Part shown: positions 23,629 through 36,710 of the stretch, one piece after another
Layout of the letters: each line of letters opens with the position of its first letter
Position numbering within the stretch: position 1 is the stretch's first letter
Origin: Laetmonice hystrix
Taxonomy: Eukaryota
DNA: 64,000 bases
Assembly (NCBI GenBank): GCA_965235115.1
Contig: OZ249439.1
Span: 18,166,001-18,230,000, forward strand
Direction: 5' to 3'
The notes under the pieces: generated by a model
Databases searched by the model: none
Seen by the model: only the letters and a program-made list of their open reading frames with translations
Told to the model about the DNA's origin: nothing
Made by a program: the position numbers and the translations under genes

Positions 23629-26600
23629 CTGGCAAGCAATGAAGTCAGTGACCACCCACAGCCTTACTAATGAGGCCACCTTCAGGAGGCCTGACCTGGC
23701 CCGGCCGGGCCACTTTAATGGTCAGCTACATATACCTCCCTGCTTCACTGGTCCGCAGTCACCGTCAAGATCCAAAGAATGGGAGACGGCGACACTCTTG
23801 ACGTGTGGTCAGTAATCGTATCACTCACAAGTCACACACAGGATACACACTGCCCCATTCATCAGGTAGATCTGTCTTTGAGGCTGGATGTTTGAACGAT
23901 CGGAATGTTGACATTCATAATCAAAGTCTCGTTTATCAAACGGTGATCCATTCTATCATACTGTCACGAAACTGAAGGTCAGTTAAAGACACTTCCCTGA
24001 CAGAGGACCACATACCGGTATCAACTAATGTCAACCTTCTCTTATAAATGACACGTGTACAAAACAACGTTGTACATTCTTCTACACGTATTTATTATAC
24101 ATGTACCATGTAGTGCATCTTAAAATAAACCCTGCACTTTAAGCAGATATGCCGTGTCTCCTGCATAAAGTCCACATTTGATATAACACTTATATATGCC
24201 TTGTATGCCTTGTACCACTTGTATGACTTTCAAAGTGATGCCTATTCTGTATGGGCTACAGCTGTCACAGCTGAAACCTTTTAATTCAATGCTTTTATCC
24301 AGCGCATCTTGGTAAAGTCAAACCAATTAACCCAGCGAGACACACCCACATCAGCAACATGCTCTCAATTCATTTCTGAGAAATAAAAGCTACTTTTGCC
24401 TACTTGACTCGAGAAGTTATCTGTATATTGAGCGACTTAATATCCAACATTCCACCATGGATGTCATCTTGCCGACTGACAGTTTGCTGCCTCGTAGAGT
24501 ACGAGCGAGTGCATGCACTCAGGTAGAGCGGTACCTGAGTGCATGTCACGGGAGAGTTTCCCACAAAAACACCAATCATGTGGCCTGTTGACCCCTGGCT
24601 GCTGGTACTGGTCAGTGTAAGATGTACTCATGCTAGGTCCATATATACTCTTTGTTTCTCAGAAAGCCAGCGTGGGGTGTGGACGGTGGTTGGTTTACCT
24701 GCATGGATGACATCTCCCGTGGAATGTCACACCTGACAGCTGTGGCGGCTGACCAGCCGGGTATTAATATGTACCTGGATACGCGACCAATAGGTGGGGT
24801 TTAATAACGCCCCTCCGCCAGCACCCGGGGTACAAACTGGCTACCCGTACTATTACTTCTGCACCAATTCACTTTGCTGTTTCAAACGAACAATTTAGAT
24901 TTTCATGATTCACATACCAGGGCTATCACCAAGTGAGGGGATATAACCAATATGTTAAGCTGAGCTCCATTTTGATGTCAATCTACGTGAACCAGATCAA
25001 TAATTACAAGTGTGACTGAAGCTATAGATGTTCTCGATTGGTTTGTCCACCAAACACACCACTTCACTCCAAGAACGACCCTTGCTGAGCGTTCTTGGTG
25101 TGAGCGGTACCCCCAGACTGCCTCAAGTAGGAGGATCATCCAGGTGTCTGGAGAGTGTGCTTGGTGCTGGGTATACATGTAACTTTACAGGTAACAATAC
25201 CAAGCCTGACCGCCATCCATTAGCGAGGCTGTGCCCGTATGAAACCTTCTAAGTGCTCCACCACCGTTTAATGGACGTTACTTGCGCGATCGGCTAATCA
25301 GGCAGACATAATGTGAACGGTATGCTGCTCAAAGTGCTTACTTCAAATGAATTTCCTTCTTAAGTCGACTTAACAAGCACATACCTTTTAAATGGTGAAT
25401 AAACAGACTGCAACAATATTTCAACAAGTGGCATCCCCTCCCCTTTAATCTGAAGTCTGTTCTCGCCTGCTTCATGCCGGGTACACACACCGAAGTGTTA
25501 TCAATGCAAGATAAAATGATCCAAAATATGGGAAGGAGGGAAAATACCATCACCTGTTATAACAGCAACTACGTAATAGTGCCGTGAAGGGTTGAACGTA
25601 CAACCCGTACCTGTGCGCTTGGTGTCAAGGGGTAAAACCCCTAAGTCCTCAGGTCGGTTCAAAGTAAACCAATAATTACCCTAGATTAGCCTTTCACAGG
25701 TGGCTGCCTCAGTTAATGACAGCTCCCTCTCTCCGTATTTATACACATAACTGACGTCTCCCCTTGGCAGTGTGCGGCCAACAGCCTTCATGGAGATTCT
25801 GACATCAACACAACTTTGATTTGGTGGGCACTGTGGCCTGCCAGGTTGGAAGAGTTCCTGGGGCAAACCTGACCTGACCCAACCCACTGGTCCGGTATAC
25901 TAAACACACACCACCATCTGCAACCGCCAGGTGAAAATATAACGAGGTAAAATCAAAACTAGTAAACTAAGACATCAAACGTGTAATGACCAGTCATGGA
26001 GGGTATTAATTACACGAGCGTGACCGACGGCACATTCCCAGCCCTTGCATCTGGTTAGGGCAGTCAGTAACCGCCAGGGGTCAGTAAGGTGTGACCAGAT
26101 GTCAGAGAGATGGTCAACCACTTAGTTCAGTCTGACCAACTCGTTGGTCTGACCAGGAGGTTGACTGCCGATCGGTGAAGGTCAGCGGTCAAAATACGCT
26201 GGCACGCCATTTTGTTCACCATGAAACCCTGTGAACATTCCCAGGAGGTTGCTATTGGCATGTATACTACACGATCCTCTTCAACACACATCCTCCAAAA
26301 AACGGCCTTCCAACCCTTCAGCATCGGTCACATGATATCAGTGTTTACAGACCAATATCTTCATCCTCTTTTATAGGGGTTCCTACAACCACCCTCCCGG
26401 TCCACCCATCTGTGTGTGTTTCTGACCTCCTCTTTATCAACGTGTCCGAGAATTAATGATCGACCCTGGCATATCTCATCAGACCATGTGGCCGGGAATT
26501 CCACAACCCCCACGTCCACCTCCACCCCAGTCATCTGGTCTCACGTGGGACAGGGTGGAATGCTTTACCCTACCACACCCCCATCCTGCTACCCCCATCT

Positions 26601-26884
26601 TCCACTCTACCCCCTACCATGAAAGCAATCGGTACCATTTATTCGTTCTACCCCCTCTCCCAACGCCAACCCCCACGTAGACCTGAAGGGTACCTAGCTT
26701 GTTATAAAGCGATCACTATACCTTGCTCAGACTTTGGTTAAGATGTGTTTTACGGATCAGGTCTGATTGGAACTAACTGCCCCACTACTGTAACGGTCGC
26801 CCACAGCAGGCAGAGATGACGGAGGACCAACGTGGTGCTCAGTGCCGGAGAATGTAGCAGGCGTGTTGTGTGGGTACTGGCGCT

Positions 26885-27469
26885 CCTTGGACCTACTACA
26901 CCAAACCCACCCTGACGTCCTTCTGACGTCCTTGGACCTACTACACCAAACCCACCCTGACGTCCTTGGACCTACCACACCAAACCCACCCTGACGTCCT
27001 TGGACCTACTACACCAAACCCACCCTGACGTCCTTGGACCTACTACACCAAACCCACCCTGACGTCCTTGGACCTACCACACCAAACCCACCCTGACGTC
27101 CTTGGACCTACTACACCAAACCCACCCTGACGTCCTTGGACCTACTACACCAAACCCACCCTGACGTCCTTGGACCTACTACACCAAACCCACCCTGACG
27201 TCCTTGGACCTACTACACCAAACCCACCCTGACGTCCTTGGACCTACTACACCAAACCCACCCTGACGTCCTTGGACCTACTACACCAAACCCACCCTGA
27301 CGTCCTTGGACCTACTACACCAAACCCACCCTGACGTCCTTGGACCTACTACACCAAACCCACCCTGACGTCCTTGGACCTACTACACCAAACCCACCCT
27401 GACGTCCTTGGACCTACTACACCAAACCCACCCTGACGTCCTTGGACCTACTACACCAAACCTACCCTG
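26885..27469. repeat. Minisatellite, 34 bp x ~17
   Basis: CCTTGGACCTACTACACCAAACCCACCCTGACGT, highly homogeneous, no spacers. Confidence 0.97.
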
Positions 27470-27476
27470 AGCTCTA

Positions 27477-27506
27477 CCAACGAGTATAGAATTCTATACT
27501 CGTTGG
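27477..27506. repeat. Perfect 30-bp palindrome
   Basis: CCAACGAGTATAGAA-TTCTATACTCGTTGG. Confidence 0.97.
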
Positions 27507-28718
27507 CTCTACTAATCGTTGTGTCCACGATAAGCCGCAGATTATCCTTTCATGGTGTAGATTTTGTTTTATCCATGCCTACTCAACAAAGGTCATAAAA
27601 CTGGTCAGACTGGCAAGGCCTAACAACCAATTCATTCTGGCTTGGACACAGATGACAAACTATTGCTCCAATCATCAAACCTAAAGCTGGAGTCAAATAA
27701 CATATAATACCATTCCGTAATACGTTTTCTCCTGTATAATAATAGGGTGGAAAGTCTGGTGAGGGAGATGCTGTCAGGTTACTGACCTCATTATTCTGTC
27801 ACCCTTCCATGCTCAGGTAGGGCTGTGAATCATGAGACATCCTAGATTAGACAGAGTGGGTCACGCCAACGGTAAACCTCAAACAAACGGTAAACTGGCA
27901 CATAAACACGCCTCCTCTAGCTCTGACCGAGTTTGGCTGTCAGAGGTAGCGAGCACATAAACCATACCAGACACCGTTATGACTTGACTACACTGCAGGG
28001 TGGATGGGGTCAGGGGTCGGAACCAACCTTTAACACCAGTTTTTCAAGTATATTTTAACTGAATTGACTCTGCTGGCCTCCTTTCGAACCATCACCTCGT
28101 AGAATCTCCCCCCCCCCCCCACACACACACACAGACATCTAAATTGACTACCTTTACAGAAACAAGTTCAGTATCTTTGCGTCAAAAACCTAATTCTGTC
28201 ACAGCCCTACCTGTTCAGAAAAAACCCACTGTGATACTATCCACTCGAACGCCAAAGCGTTGGCCGTGGGAGAATCAATTCTATGTTCTCACACCTGAAA
28301 CTCTTTAGTGGAAACAATCGCTCTGCTTCATCAACCTATTATCAATTAGCAACTAAACAATAGAACTTTCATCTAAGTTGCCCTTTGTAGGTACCGATAG
28401 GTGTGACTGGCTTCCGAATGTGTGGACCCTGATCACTGTCATTAGTACCTACCATCTGGTCGTGAGACAGCAGCCTCCACGGAACGTTTGGGATCAGTCC
28501 TGTTGTTGACTGCCATCTGATCAAAGAATGGGGTAGCGGTCTCATTAGCCTGTATCCTGGACGGAGGTGCCCCTTCCCAGACACCCTGACCGTTATACAC
28601 ACAGTCCCTGTTTCCGTTTCCTGTCCTCGAGGTGACGGTAAACCTCTGACCAAAGTGATCGTACCTTTCCGTTGGAATATCCCCGCGTCTGTCTGTCTCA
28701 CCTTCCTGTGGACGGCTG

Positions 28719-28726
28719 TATTTATA
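28719..28726 (-). promoter_or_regulatory. TATA box (TATAAATA) of a candidate internal promoter
   Basis: Consensus TATA followed by ~240 nt of exon-like sequence ending at donor ATG|GTAGGT (28453/28452). Motif match only. Confidence 0.3.
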
Positions 28727-30761
28727 GCAGACATACAGGCCAGTCAGGTACGTGCCTCCCATCAAGGTGTGACAGGTGATAATTGCCTGCATCTTGTAGT
28801 TAATATCTGAGACTGAGGAAAAGGATGAAACAAATACCCCCCACTGACCTACCACACGGCGTGGTTCGTGTCATGTGGGGTATATGTTGGTATCACTTAC
28901 TGCACAGACATCAATGGGGTAATGTCCAGTTAGAAAAGGCTCAGTCATTGACAGATGGAGGCAAAACAAGAGTATGAATTCCCATGTTAAGTATATTTCT
29001 CTATCATGCAAAATGGGCAAAATATTATCGCAACCCATCAATCCTGCTCATGAAAGAAACTTAGAGAATTGCAACACGAGCTGGAGCTATGAAGATGGAC
29101 GAGAGAGCTGCTGTTGATTAGCAAGGCATTTATGACCGTTTTCATAAATCATTTTTTAAACTATAGCCGGTAAAAGATATCAGGCGAGCCAGCTGCAGTG
29201 TTATCAGTGTTGAGTTAAACAAGTCAGTGGTTTACCCATTGATATGGGTTGTTCTATGCCACACTGAGTCCTCACCAACAACTTTCATCACTCTCCTCGC
29301 CACCCTAAACACTCGTATTGTGTATCTGAGTGTGGTAGTTACTTTCTGCCCATCTTTTTAAGGGAGATTTTGGTTACTACATGTATGTACATTCATTCCA
29401 GTTTCTCAATGTAACCAGCAGAGAGCCGTGAACTATTGAAAACTCTATCCTGGGAGATAATTACTGACTGTATGTGGCTGTGGCTGTCCGGACGACCTTT
29501 TGATAAACACTAGCGTTGTTTATCATCCAGGTTTTGTCGTATCACCGTCCCGAACTTCTCACACCTGACCTTGGTGAACACTTGACACTAACTAAAGTAT
29601 CTGTTGTCATCTGTTGAACGCATACCTTTCTCCTCGTACCACATTCCTGAGGATATCGTCATTGGCAAGTGGTCATCACCTGATAAAGTTTCTTACTTTA
29701 TGGACACATTTAATGATTTATGATAAACATGGTTGATAATCCCGGCCCCATACCACAACCTCCACCGTACATTGATACTCCCAGATACACTGGATACTGG
29801 TTGGTTAAGTAATTCACTCCAGTTCACATGCGGTTAGCCATGTGCTGGAGCTGAACTATACACACCTGTCCAGTGATGCATGAAATGGGTCAATGTAATC
29901 CTGCATGACCACACCAGGGAGTACGGAATGCAGTAAAGAGTCCCTGGGTGTATTGGTGTTGGACTAATTATAGGCAACTTTAAGAACTTTACTCTCTGGA
30001 CTAAATGGAACAAGGGTTGATAATGGTATGTGTTTGAGAATAGTAATTACAAATGTATTATGTGCGGGTGTTAAGTTCAGTGCACTTCGATCCCCCTTCC
30101 GTATGTAAACCTGCCAGGCTCAGTGTTGCTCCAGATTACTCTTTCCTTGTAAAAAAAAGAGCAGACATGCGAGTACGTTCCGCAACTTAACTTAAATGAT
30201 TTCACTGTATGAAAACTCGCCATTGATAGAGCACCCTTTCATATAGTAAACCTACTTATTACATTAAATTTTAATTTTATAGGCAACAGTGGGTGAATGA
30301 GAAAGAATTCTAGTAATGTAGATGACCCCACTCAGAGAGGTCCTTTGGTGCTTTCCACATGAACCCTTACAGACATACATACATGTGCATTTCCACTGTT
30401 CAGCTGTGGTGGTCTATCAATGTAATACGTTAAATAAACCTAGGTTACGCAACCTTCAGCATATGGTCCGAGCATATGTTAGATTAACGATCTGCTCTCA
30501 TCGAGCCACCCCTGTTGGCTTCCATGACAGAATCCGAGTAACTACTCCATGAATATAGAAGTTCTCTGTTATTGCACCTATTATCACCCAACCAGTATCT
30601 TTCCATCAAAGCTGTTGCCTGGTAGACTTCAGAAGCTCCTAACCTGTTCACAATGCCAATCTTTGTACAACACTTTGTGCTCTTTCCTGTTTTGTCCCCA
30701 CCGTCCGGCTAAGGCATGTTTAAATTCTGAAAAGTGTAATCGCTTGCAAATGTACACTTAC

Positions 30762-30851
30762 CTAGATTTGGGTGCTGCCTCTGTGGCTGCCCTACCACTG
30801 TGTGGTTGGTGGTGCCCAGTAGGCCCTATGTATCCAGAGGGGGCCCTACTA
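30762..30851 (-). CDS. Candidate internal phase 2-2 exon (SRAPSGYIGPTGHHQPHSGRAATEAAPKS); alternative in-frame acceptors at 30848 and 30899
   Basis: Strong donor TAG|GTAAGT; frame open for ~60 codons upstream with no ATG; S/P/G/H-rich composition. Confidence 0.45.
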
Positions 30852-33800
30852 CTAGTCCAGCAATACACACCCCGTGGTATAATGATGTCAAACCACAAAC
30901 TGTTGTGGTCAGAGATTATATTAACAGGTCCAATATTCCACTAGTGGTTGTTGTCAACTTAACTCCATGATCGCCGTGTCAGGAGCTGATCACTGACGGT
31001 TACTGACTGACTGTAGAGTGGTCACTAGGCCGACGTCTGGCTGTGGTCGGTTAGTGAATGAGCTAAGTGTCCCGGCCGCTGGCCTGGAGCCTCAGGTGGT
31101 AGTGTGGCCTCGCTGACTGCTGTACGAGGGCAGGCCAGCGTGGACTGGGAGCTCGGCATGTGGTGGCCACACATTACAAGGTGAAGGCTGACCGCAGCAG
31201 CGCCCAGTCAGTGGTGTGGTCATTGTGTGAAGCTCCACCCGGCTCTGTCAATGGCTGGCCCTGCGGTTTGGCTTCAGTCTCCACTACAGACAACTTAGCT
31301 GGATAGTCTCAGGTCCAACTTACACTGTAGATTTAGACGAGTCCCTCACCTGCTCTACACAATGGTGCTACCTCCAGGCACACTGGCCTACTGCCCCCCA
31401 GGGCTCTCAAACAGGGCAAATACAAACTGGTGGTGGTGGTGGGGGTGGGGGGGGGGTGGGGGTGGGGGTTAGCTGGGTAGGGCCACGTACGTGAGTTACA
31501 TAGATACTCAAACTATTTAAGGTTCTTACACTCATGCCTCATGTCTAATTCTATGGAGAGTGACAGATTGACTGATAACAAAATAATATAGTGTTATATA
31601 TGGGCAAATGTTGAGGAAAGATGTCAAAGTCTGTGATCACTGTGTTATCGGTCCTGATCATATTAATTGTTGTTGACATTGGGAACCAAACAGCTGCTAT
31701 ATACATGGTGTAACACTGAGTCTGATCCATCACCATGCAAAGGTGTATTTCAATACCACACATTTCAAGACATAAATTGGTAGGCAACCAAACATGAAGC
31801 CTTAAGCGAGGTTATTTCAAAGTAAGTATCTTCTTAATTCCTTCGTAACTCCCGATCCTAAGACAATGTATGGTATGGTATATTAGAGCTCAGCGCTACA
31901 ATACAAGTGAACTGATTCTCCACGCTCATGTCGGCATGCCTAGTCACATCCTTTCACTGAAGGCTAGGATCAGGGATACGGCTATCCGCATTACATAACG
32001 AATCTTTGTTAGATCAATGATTCAAGGGGTCATACCCCCAATCTTGACCCCGAGCAATGACCCTCAGGGTAGGGTATAACCAGTAAGGGCCCAGCTATAA
32101 ACATCTCGACCCTTGACAATCCCGACTTCTCACCGGCAGACTGCTAAGAATACTGCGCTCTTTAATGACATTCCTGAGGGCTATTTCAACACCTCCACGA
32201 CAATGTATGGTATGGGAGATGGCAAGTACCATGTACCATGTAACTTTATTCGGCCGTTCTGCGATCCTGGCTAACTTGTATCATAACGGCTATATATTCG
32301 CGTGAATAGTGTTGGATCAACAAGGTAGCAATCACGGCGCCTCCGTTATTAGCCGTCAAATCACTCCAGCCTATTCTTATCATGCCACAAATCAGAAGGC
32401 ATTGTCTGATTTTCTATTGCAGCTAGAGGCCTACAGCGTTCGGCCATCTACTTGCAGCTAACCAACAGAAATGGCTCCACTCCGATCGCCACAGGCTGAG
32501 AGAGACAAATCAAGGCTGATACCCTAATTACGTGGTCACCTTTTAGCCTTATTTATAGCTGATCCTAGTGAGCCAACGTCCCCGGACCCCCTCACAACCC
32601 ACCCCACCCCCCTCCCGCCCAGATGGTCGCCCCCACATTCCAGACAGGTAGACTGGCAGGTGCCCTGCATCCGATCAAATGACCGCCGCCGAGTGCCGCA
32701 TTAAGACTGCCCCGACCAGCCGTTTGGGCCGTCACCTCCCACAAAGGTAAGCTAACCCTCCTCCTTCCATCCCGACCTTACAACACCACCGGCCGGCCGC
32801 CGGACAGAATGGCATACCGGAGTCGGGGCGACAATTCTCAAGTCTAAATTGGACTTTAATTAGAACACCGACATAGCTGCGTTCGGTCTCACCACTCTCT
32901 CACCTCAGTGCATACAAATGATTAATCGGTATTTGACAAGATCAATCCCAGCACTAAGGCTGCCTTTGACTGCGGGGCGGGAGCCTGGGCCTTTGTTAAC
33001 TGTCATTTCAAGTTGGTAAATTGGATGTTTGTTGGGGCAAAGATTTGTTCCCTTGCCTAATGATCATAGGTGTGAGAGGTAACACTTTGGTCGAGGTTTA
33101 CAAAGCCCACAAGTTGACTGAACTAAGTTCTAACTTAATACTGTGAAAGACACAAACTTCAGCTTAGTGGTAGAAGGATTTATAATTTGGCTCTTATTCA
33201 TAATCATGCAGAAACATAATCCAGTTGGTTTTTATTTGGAGCCTTGATGCGAGGTTTTTCATTTTACAACTGCTGGGAAGTCTGCGTGTAACCGCCGTCG
33301 GTTGATACAATAGAAGATACTCAATCGGCTTCACCCGTCTATCAATGTCCCTCTGGGGTACATCATGGTAATCGTTACTGTTTTTCCTTTTATATTTTTA
33401 TTACTTTCGATGACATCTTCCACTGAGTCTCAGAATACAAAAACAGCCCATACCCTCCGGCAGCGTGCCCATGCGAGCACAGGTCAAAGGTTTCAAGAAA
33501 ACTAATTCTGACTTTCCACATGAGCGGCTTACGTATAATCTATCACTAAGATGTCGTAGAAGAAGAATGTATATTCATCAAAGCGGGGGCCTTGATATGC
33601 AAATATCACGCTGACTTATTACAGGAAGGGATGACAAGGTTCCTGTTTCCACCCAGTATCAATCGAAGTTTATTATGTTTACAACATGCCCTATTGCACA
33701 TTGGTGCCACCATGGTTAATGCACCTGTCGCTGCAAATTCCTGAGAATTTCCTTATTCTTGTATGCTTCAATACATTTCAGTTGGAAGCCAGGTTAGCTG

Positions 33801-34400
33801 GCCACCTGCTGCCTGCTCTGTTGAACCCCTGGCCACCCACCCTCCAACCTCGTTCAATAACCCCACCTCACCCAGCCTGACCTGGAGTCAGGGCCAGTTT
33901 CAAACCTGACTGACTTCGTTTCCACGTGGAATTCCACCAGGTGAGTCGGGTGGTGGCCTCCTGGCTCCACTTATCACATCAATACACATACCTGCCATTT
34001 ACTCGGCAACCCAAGACATTTCCGAGGAAACCCTTTCAGTTCGGACAAACTACCCCCATCTGATACCCTCTCTGAAGGTGGACACCAAGTGATCATTTCA
34101 ACAAATGTTACACCATGATGACACAAGTATTGTAAGGTCGCCCATTTTGGACTGTTTATCCTTTTTGTCGATGTAATCTGATGTACTGATTAGGGGTACA
34201 AGGACTGAACAATACTTAATCCATTCTCTGATGGCCACCTTTTGATGTGAAATATCTAAAGGCATGAACTGCTCTTTCGTAGTTTCTCCCCCGTTCGTGG
34301 TTATAAAAAAAGAGACTTACATCAATAACTGCAACCGTGCCCCACAAAATGGCCGTGAACCATGCATTCATATCCCACTCCACGACTGCATTGACCCTCC

Positions 34401-35128
34401 TCAGCCTCCCCACCCGCCAGTCTTACAGTCAGCCTCCTCACCTCCCAGACTTACAGTCAGCCTCCTCACTCCCAAGTCTTACAGTCAGCCTCCTCACTCC
34501 CAAGTCTTACAGTCAGCCTCCTCACTCCCCAGTCTTACAGTCAGCCTCCCCACCCGCCAGTCTTACAGTCAGCCTCCCCACCCGCCAGTCTTACAGTCAG
34601 CCTCCCCACCCGCCAGTCTTACAGTCAGCATCCTCACTCCCCAGTCTTACAGTCAGCATCCTCACTCCCCAGTCTTATGTCAGCCTCCCCACTCGCCAGT
34701 CTTACAGTCAGCCTCCTCACCCCCCAGTCTTACAGTCAGCCTCCTCACTCCCCAGTCTTATGTCAGCCTCCCCACCCGCCAGTCTTACAGTCAGCCTCCT
34801 CACTCCCCAGTCTTACAGTCAGCCTCCTCACTCCCCAGTCTTACAGTCAACCTCTCCACCCGCCAGTCTTACAGTCAGCCTCCTCACTCCCCAGTCTTAC
34901 AGTCAGCCTCCCCACCCGCCAGTCTTACAGTCAGCCTCCTCACTCCCCAGTCTTACAGTCAGCCTCCTAACTCCCCAGTCTTACAGTCAGCCTCCTCACT
35001 CCCCAGTCTTATGTCAGCCTCCCCACCCGCCAGTCTTACAGTCAGCCTCCCCACCCGCCAGTCTTACAGTCAGCCTCCCCACCCGCCAGTCTTACAGTCA
35101 GCCTCCCCACCCGCCAGTCTTACAGTCA
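34401..35128. repeat. Minisatellite, 28 bp x ~26
   Basis: CAGCCTCCTCACTCCCCAGTCTTACAGT and variant CAGCCTCCCCACCCGCCAGTCTTACAGT; source of the repetitive ORFs at 34264-35194. Confidence 0.97.
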
Positions 35129-36468
35129 ACCACCACCCCCTACCCCACCCCCAACCGTAACCTGGTGTCATCAGTACCTCGGTACAACAGCTGACTGCTC
35201 ACCATTAACGAAACATCTTCCAACAGCAGCAATCTCGAGTCGGACACCAAACATAAACCTTTCCGGCCTTGTATACTTCTCTTGAGTGTGGAGGATTTTC
35301 CATTTATTCCTATCAAGGGTCAATAAGGGTACACCAGTGTATCTCAGTGAAGGCATTAGGAAGAATAGGGGCAGGTATGAGATTTCTGTAGAAAAAAAAC
35401 CTGATTTGCTCAACATTTGATTTCTCAATGAAGGTGGTAAACGTGGACCAATTATAACGGGTTGGCTGATTTTACTGACTAGTCTCTTATAGTATCATGG
35501 CAGTGGTCACCTGGGCATGCTGCAGGCAGGGTCAAAAGTTAGCCTTGTCTATCTCTACCCTTGTAATTTATATACCGGTTCAGCATGTCCAACGTATCTT
35601 ACCCCCTAAAGCCTTTTAACCAACAGTGGCAACTTTGTAACGACTCTAAACACTCCAAGCCCCATTAAACTGGATGGCCTGTCTCACTTGACCACTTACG
35701 ACTCAGACATTTTGTGAAGTTGAGAGGTAGTTGAGACTTAATATAGAAAACCTATGGTGCTTTATCCGTCAGGATACAATACCTCAGGAGCGCAGGTTTG
35801 CACTCAAAACACAGTTAATTTATGGTTCCCAAAGTCAAATAGTCTTGCGGCGAATGCTTTGAGTGTTCAAACCCTGCCACGCATTGAGGAATGAAAAGCT
35901 GGGAAGTGTTATTATTATTTTCTAAGGGGATTAAAATGATTCTGTCATGTACACAGTGTATGCTTGTACTCTGGTCAAACACCATTAAACTCTGAAAAAC
36001 AATATACCCCTCTTCCAGATCATATATGATGGAATTTTAAATAGCAATTTTTTTCAGAATAACCTAACAACCTACCGTAATTTCTCAAGAGATCTTTTTA
36101 GCAGGTTTATTCCTTGGTTGTCACCTTGTACTCTGAGTTAAGCTGGCAGTATAGCCTCACAGTGTTGGTGTGGGAGAGAGAACCCTCCGACACACTGGTC
36201 ATATGTTCCAGTTCTAGTAGAATCCTGGTTAATCTGACCGACCCGGCAGGATTACCATTCACTCCTTCACACATAAACACAAGCAGGATGGAGATTATCC
36301 AGCGACTTAATCCAGTTTGTAAAGTCTGTCAAGATCGAGTTTGTCCTGACAGGATAGATACCTGGATGTACCATGGGTAGACGCTCACCCGGCTGTCAGA
36401 TTCAACAGTCAGTGGTGCTGCCCACAGACACCAGTAGTGACACAAGTACAAGAGGTAGGCCTCCACAC

Positions 36469-36710
36469 CTGGCTGGCTCATGGGTGTAGATCAACTCGTT
36501 CTGGTGTAACTCCTCAAAGGGCTTTCTGTTGTGTCTCCTGGCTTCCCGTTCACTGGCCGCATGCAGTCGGTCCCAGCTTCCAGTCACTGACTGTAATCTT
36601 GGCTGGGATTCGACCCAGTCATGTTGTGGTTCACGTGTATAAGGCGAGCGCCACCTTGCGAATGAACCTTGAACCGATCTGCCACGCCTCAGCGCACACC
36701 GTTGGTCCAT
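36469..36710 (-). CDS. Candidate alternative first coding exon MDQRCALRRGRSVQGSFARWRSP...ELHQNELIYTHEPA, phase 2
   Basis: ATG immediately after an in-frame TGA; 80 protein-like codons; donor CAG|GTGTGG (moderate); Inr-like TCAGTT at 36897-36892. Confidence 0.45.

Noticed and set aside
25342-25550. Signal-peptide-like ORF MVFSLLPIFWIILSC... ending at a phase-2 GTAAGC donor
   Set aside because: The AT-rich, intron-like composition and Cys/Leu/Phe-rich peptide are atypical, and a secreted N-terminus makes little sense on a cytoplasmic scaffold.
26885-27469. 34-bp repeat array as CRISPR
   Set aside because: The repeats are head-to-tail with no spacers, no cas genes are present, and the context is eukaryotic.
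34264-35194. 285-298-aa plus-strand ORFs (also 56388-57304, 52766-53206, 16983-17555, 20948-21500)
   Set aside because: They are translations of minisatellites whose unit length is not a multiple of 3, and they are open in several frames.
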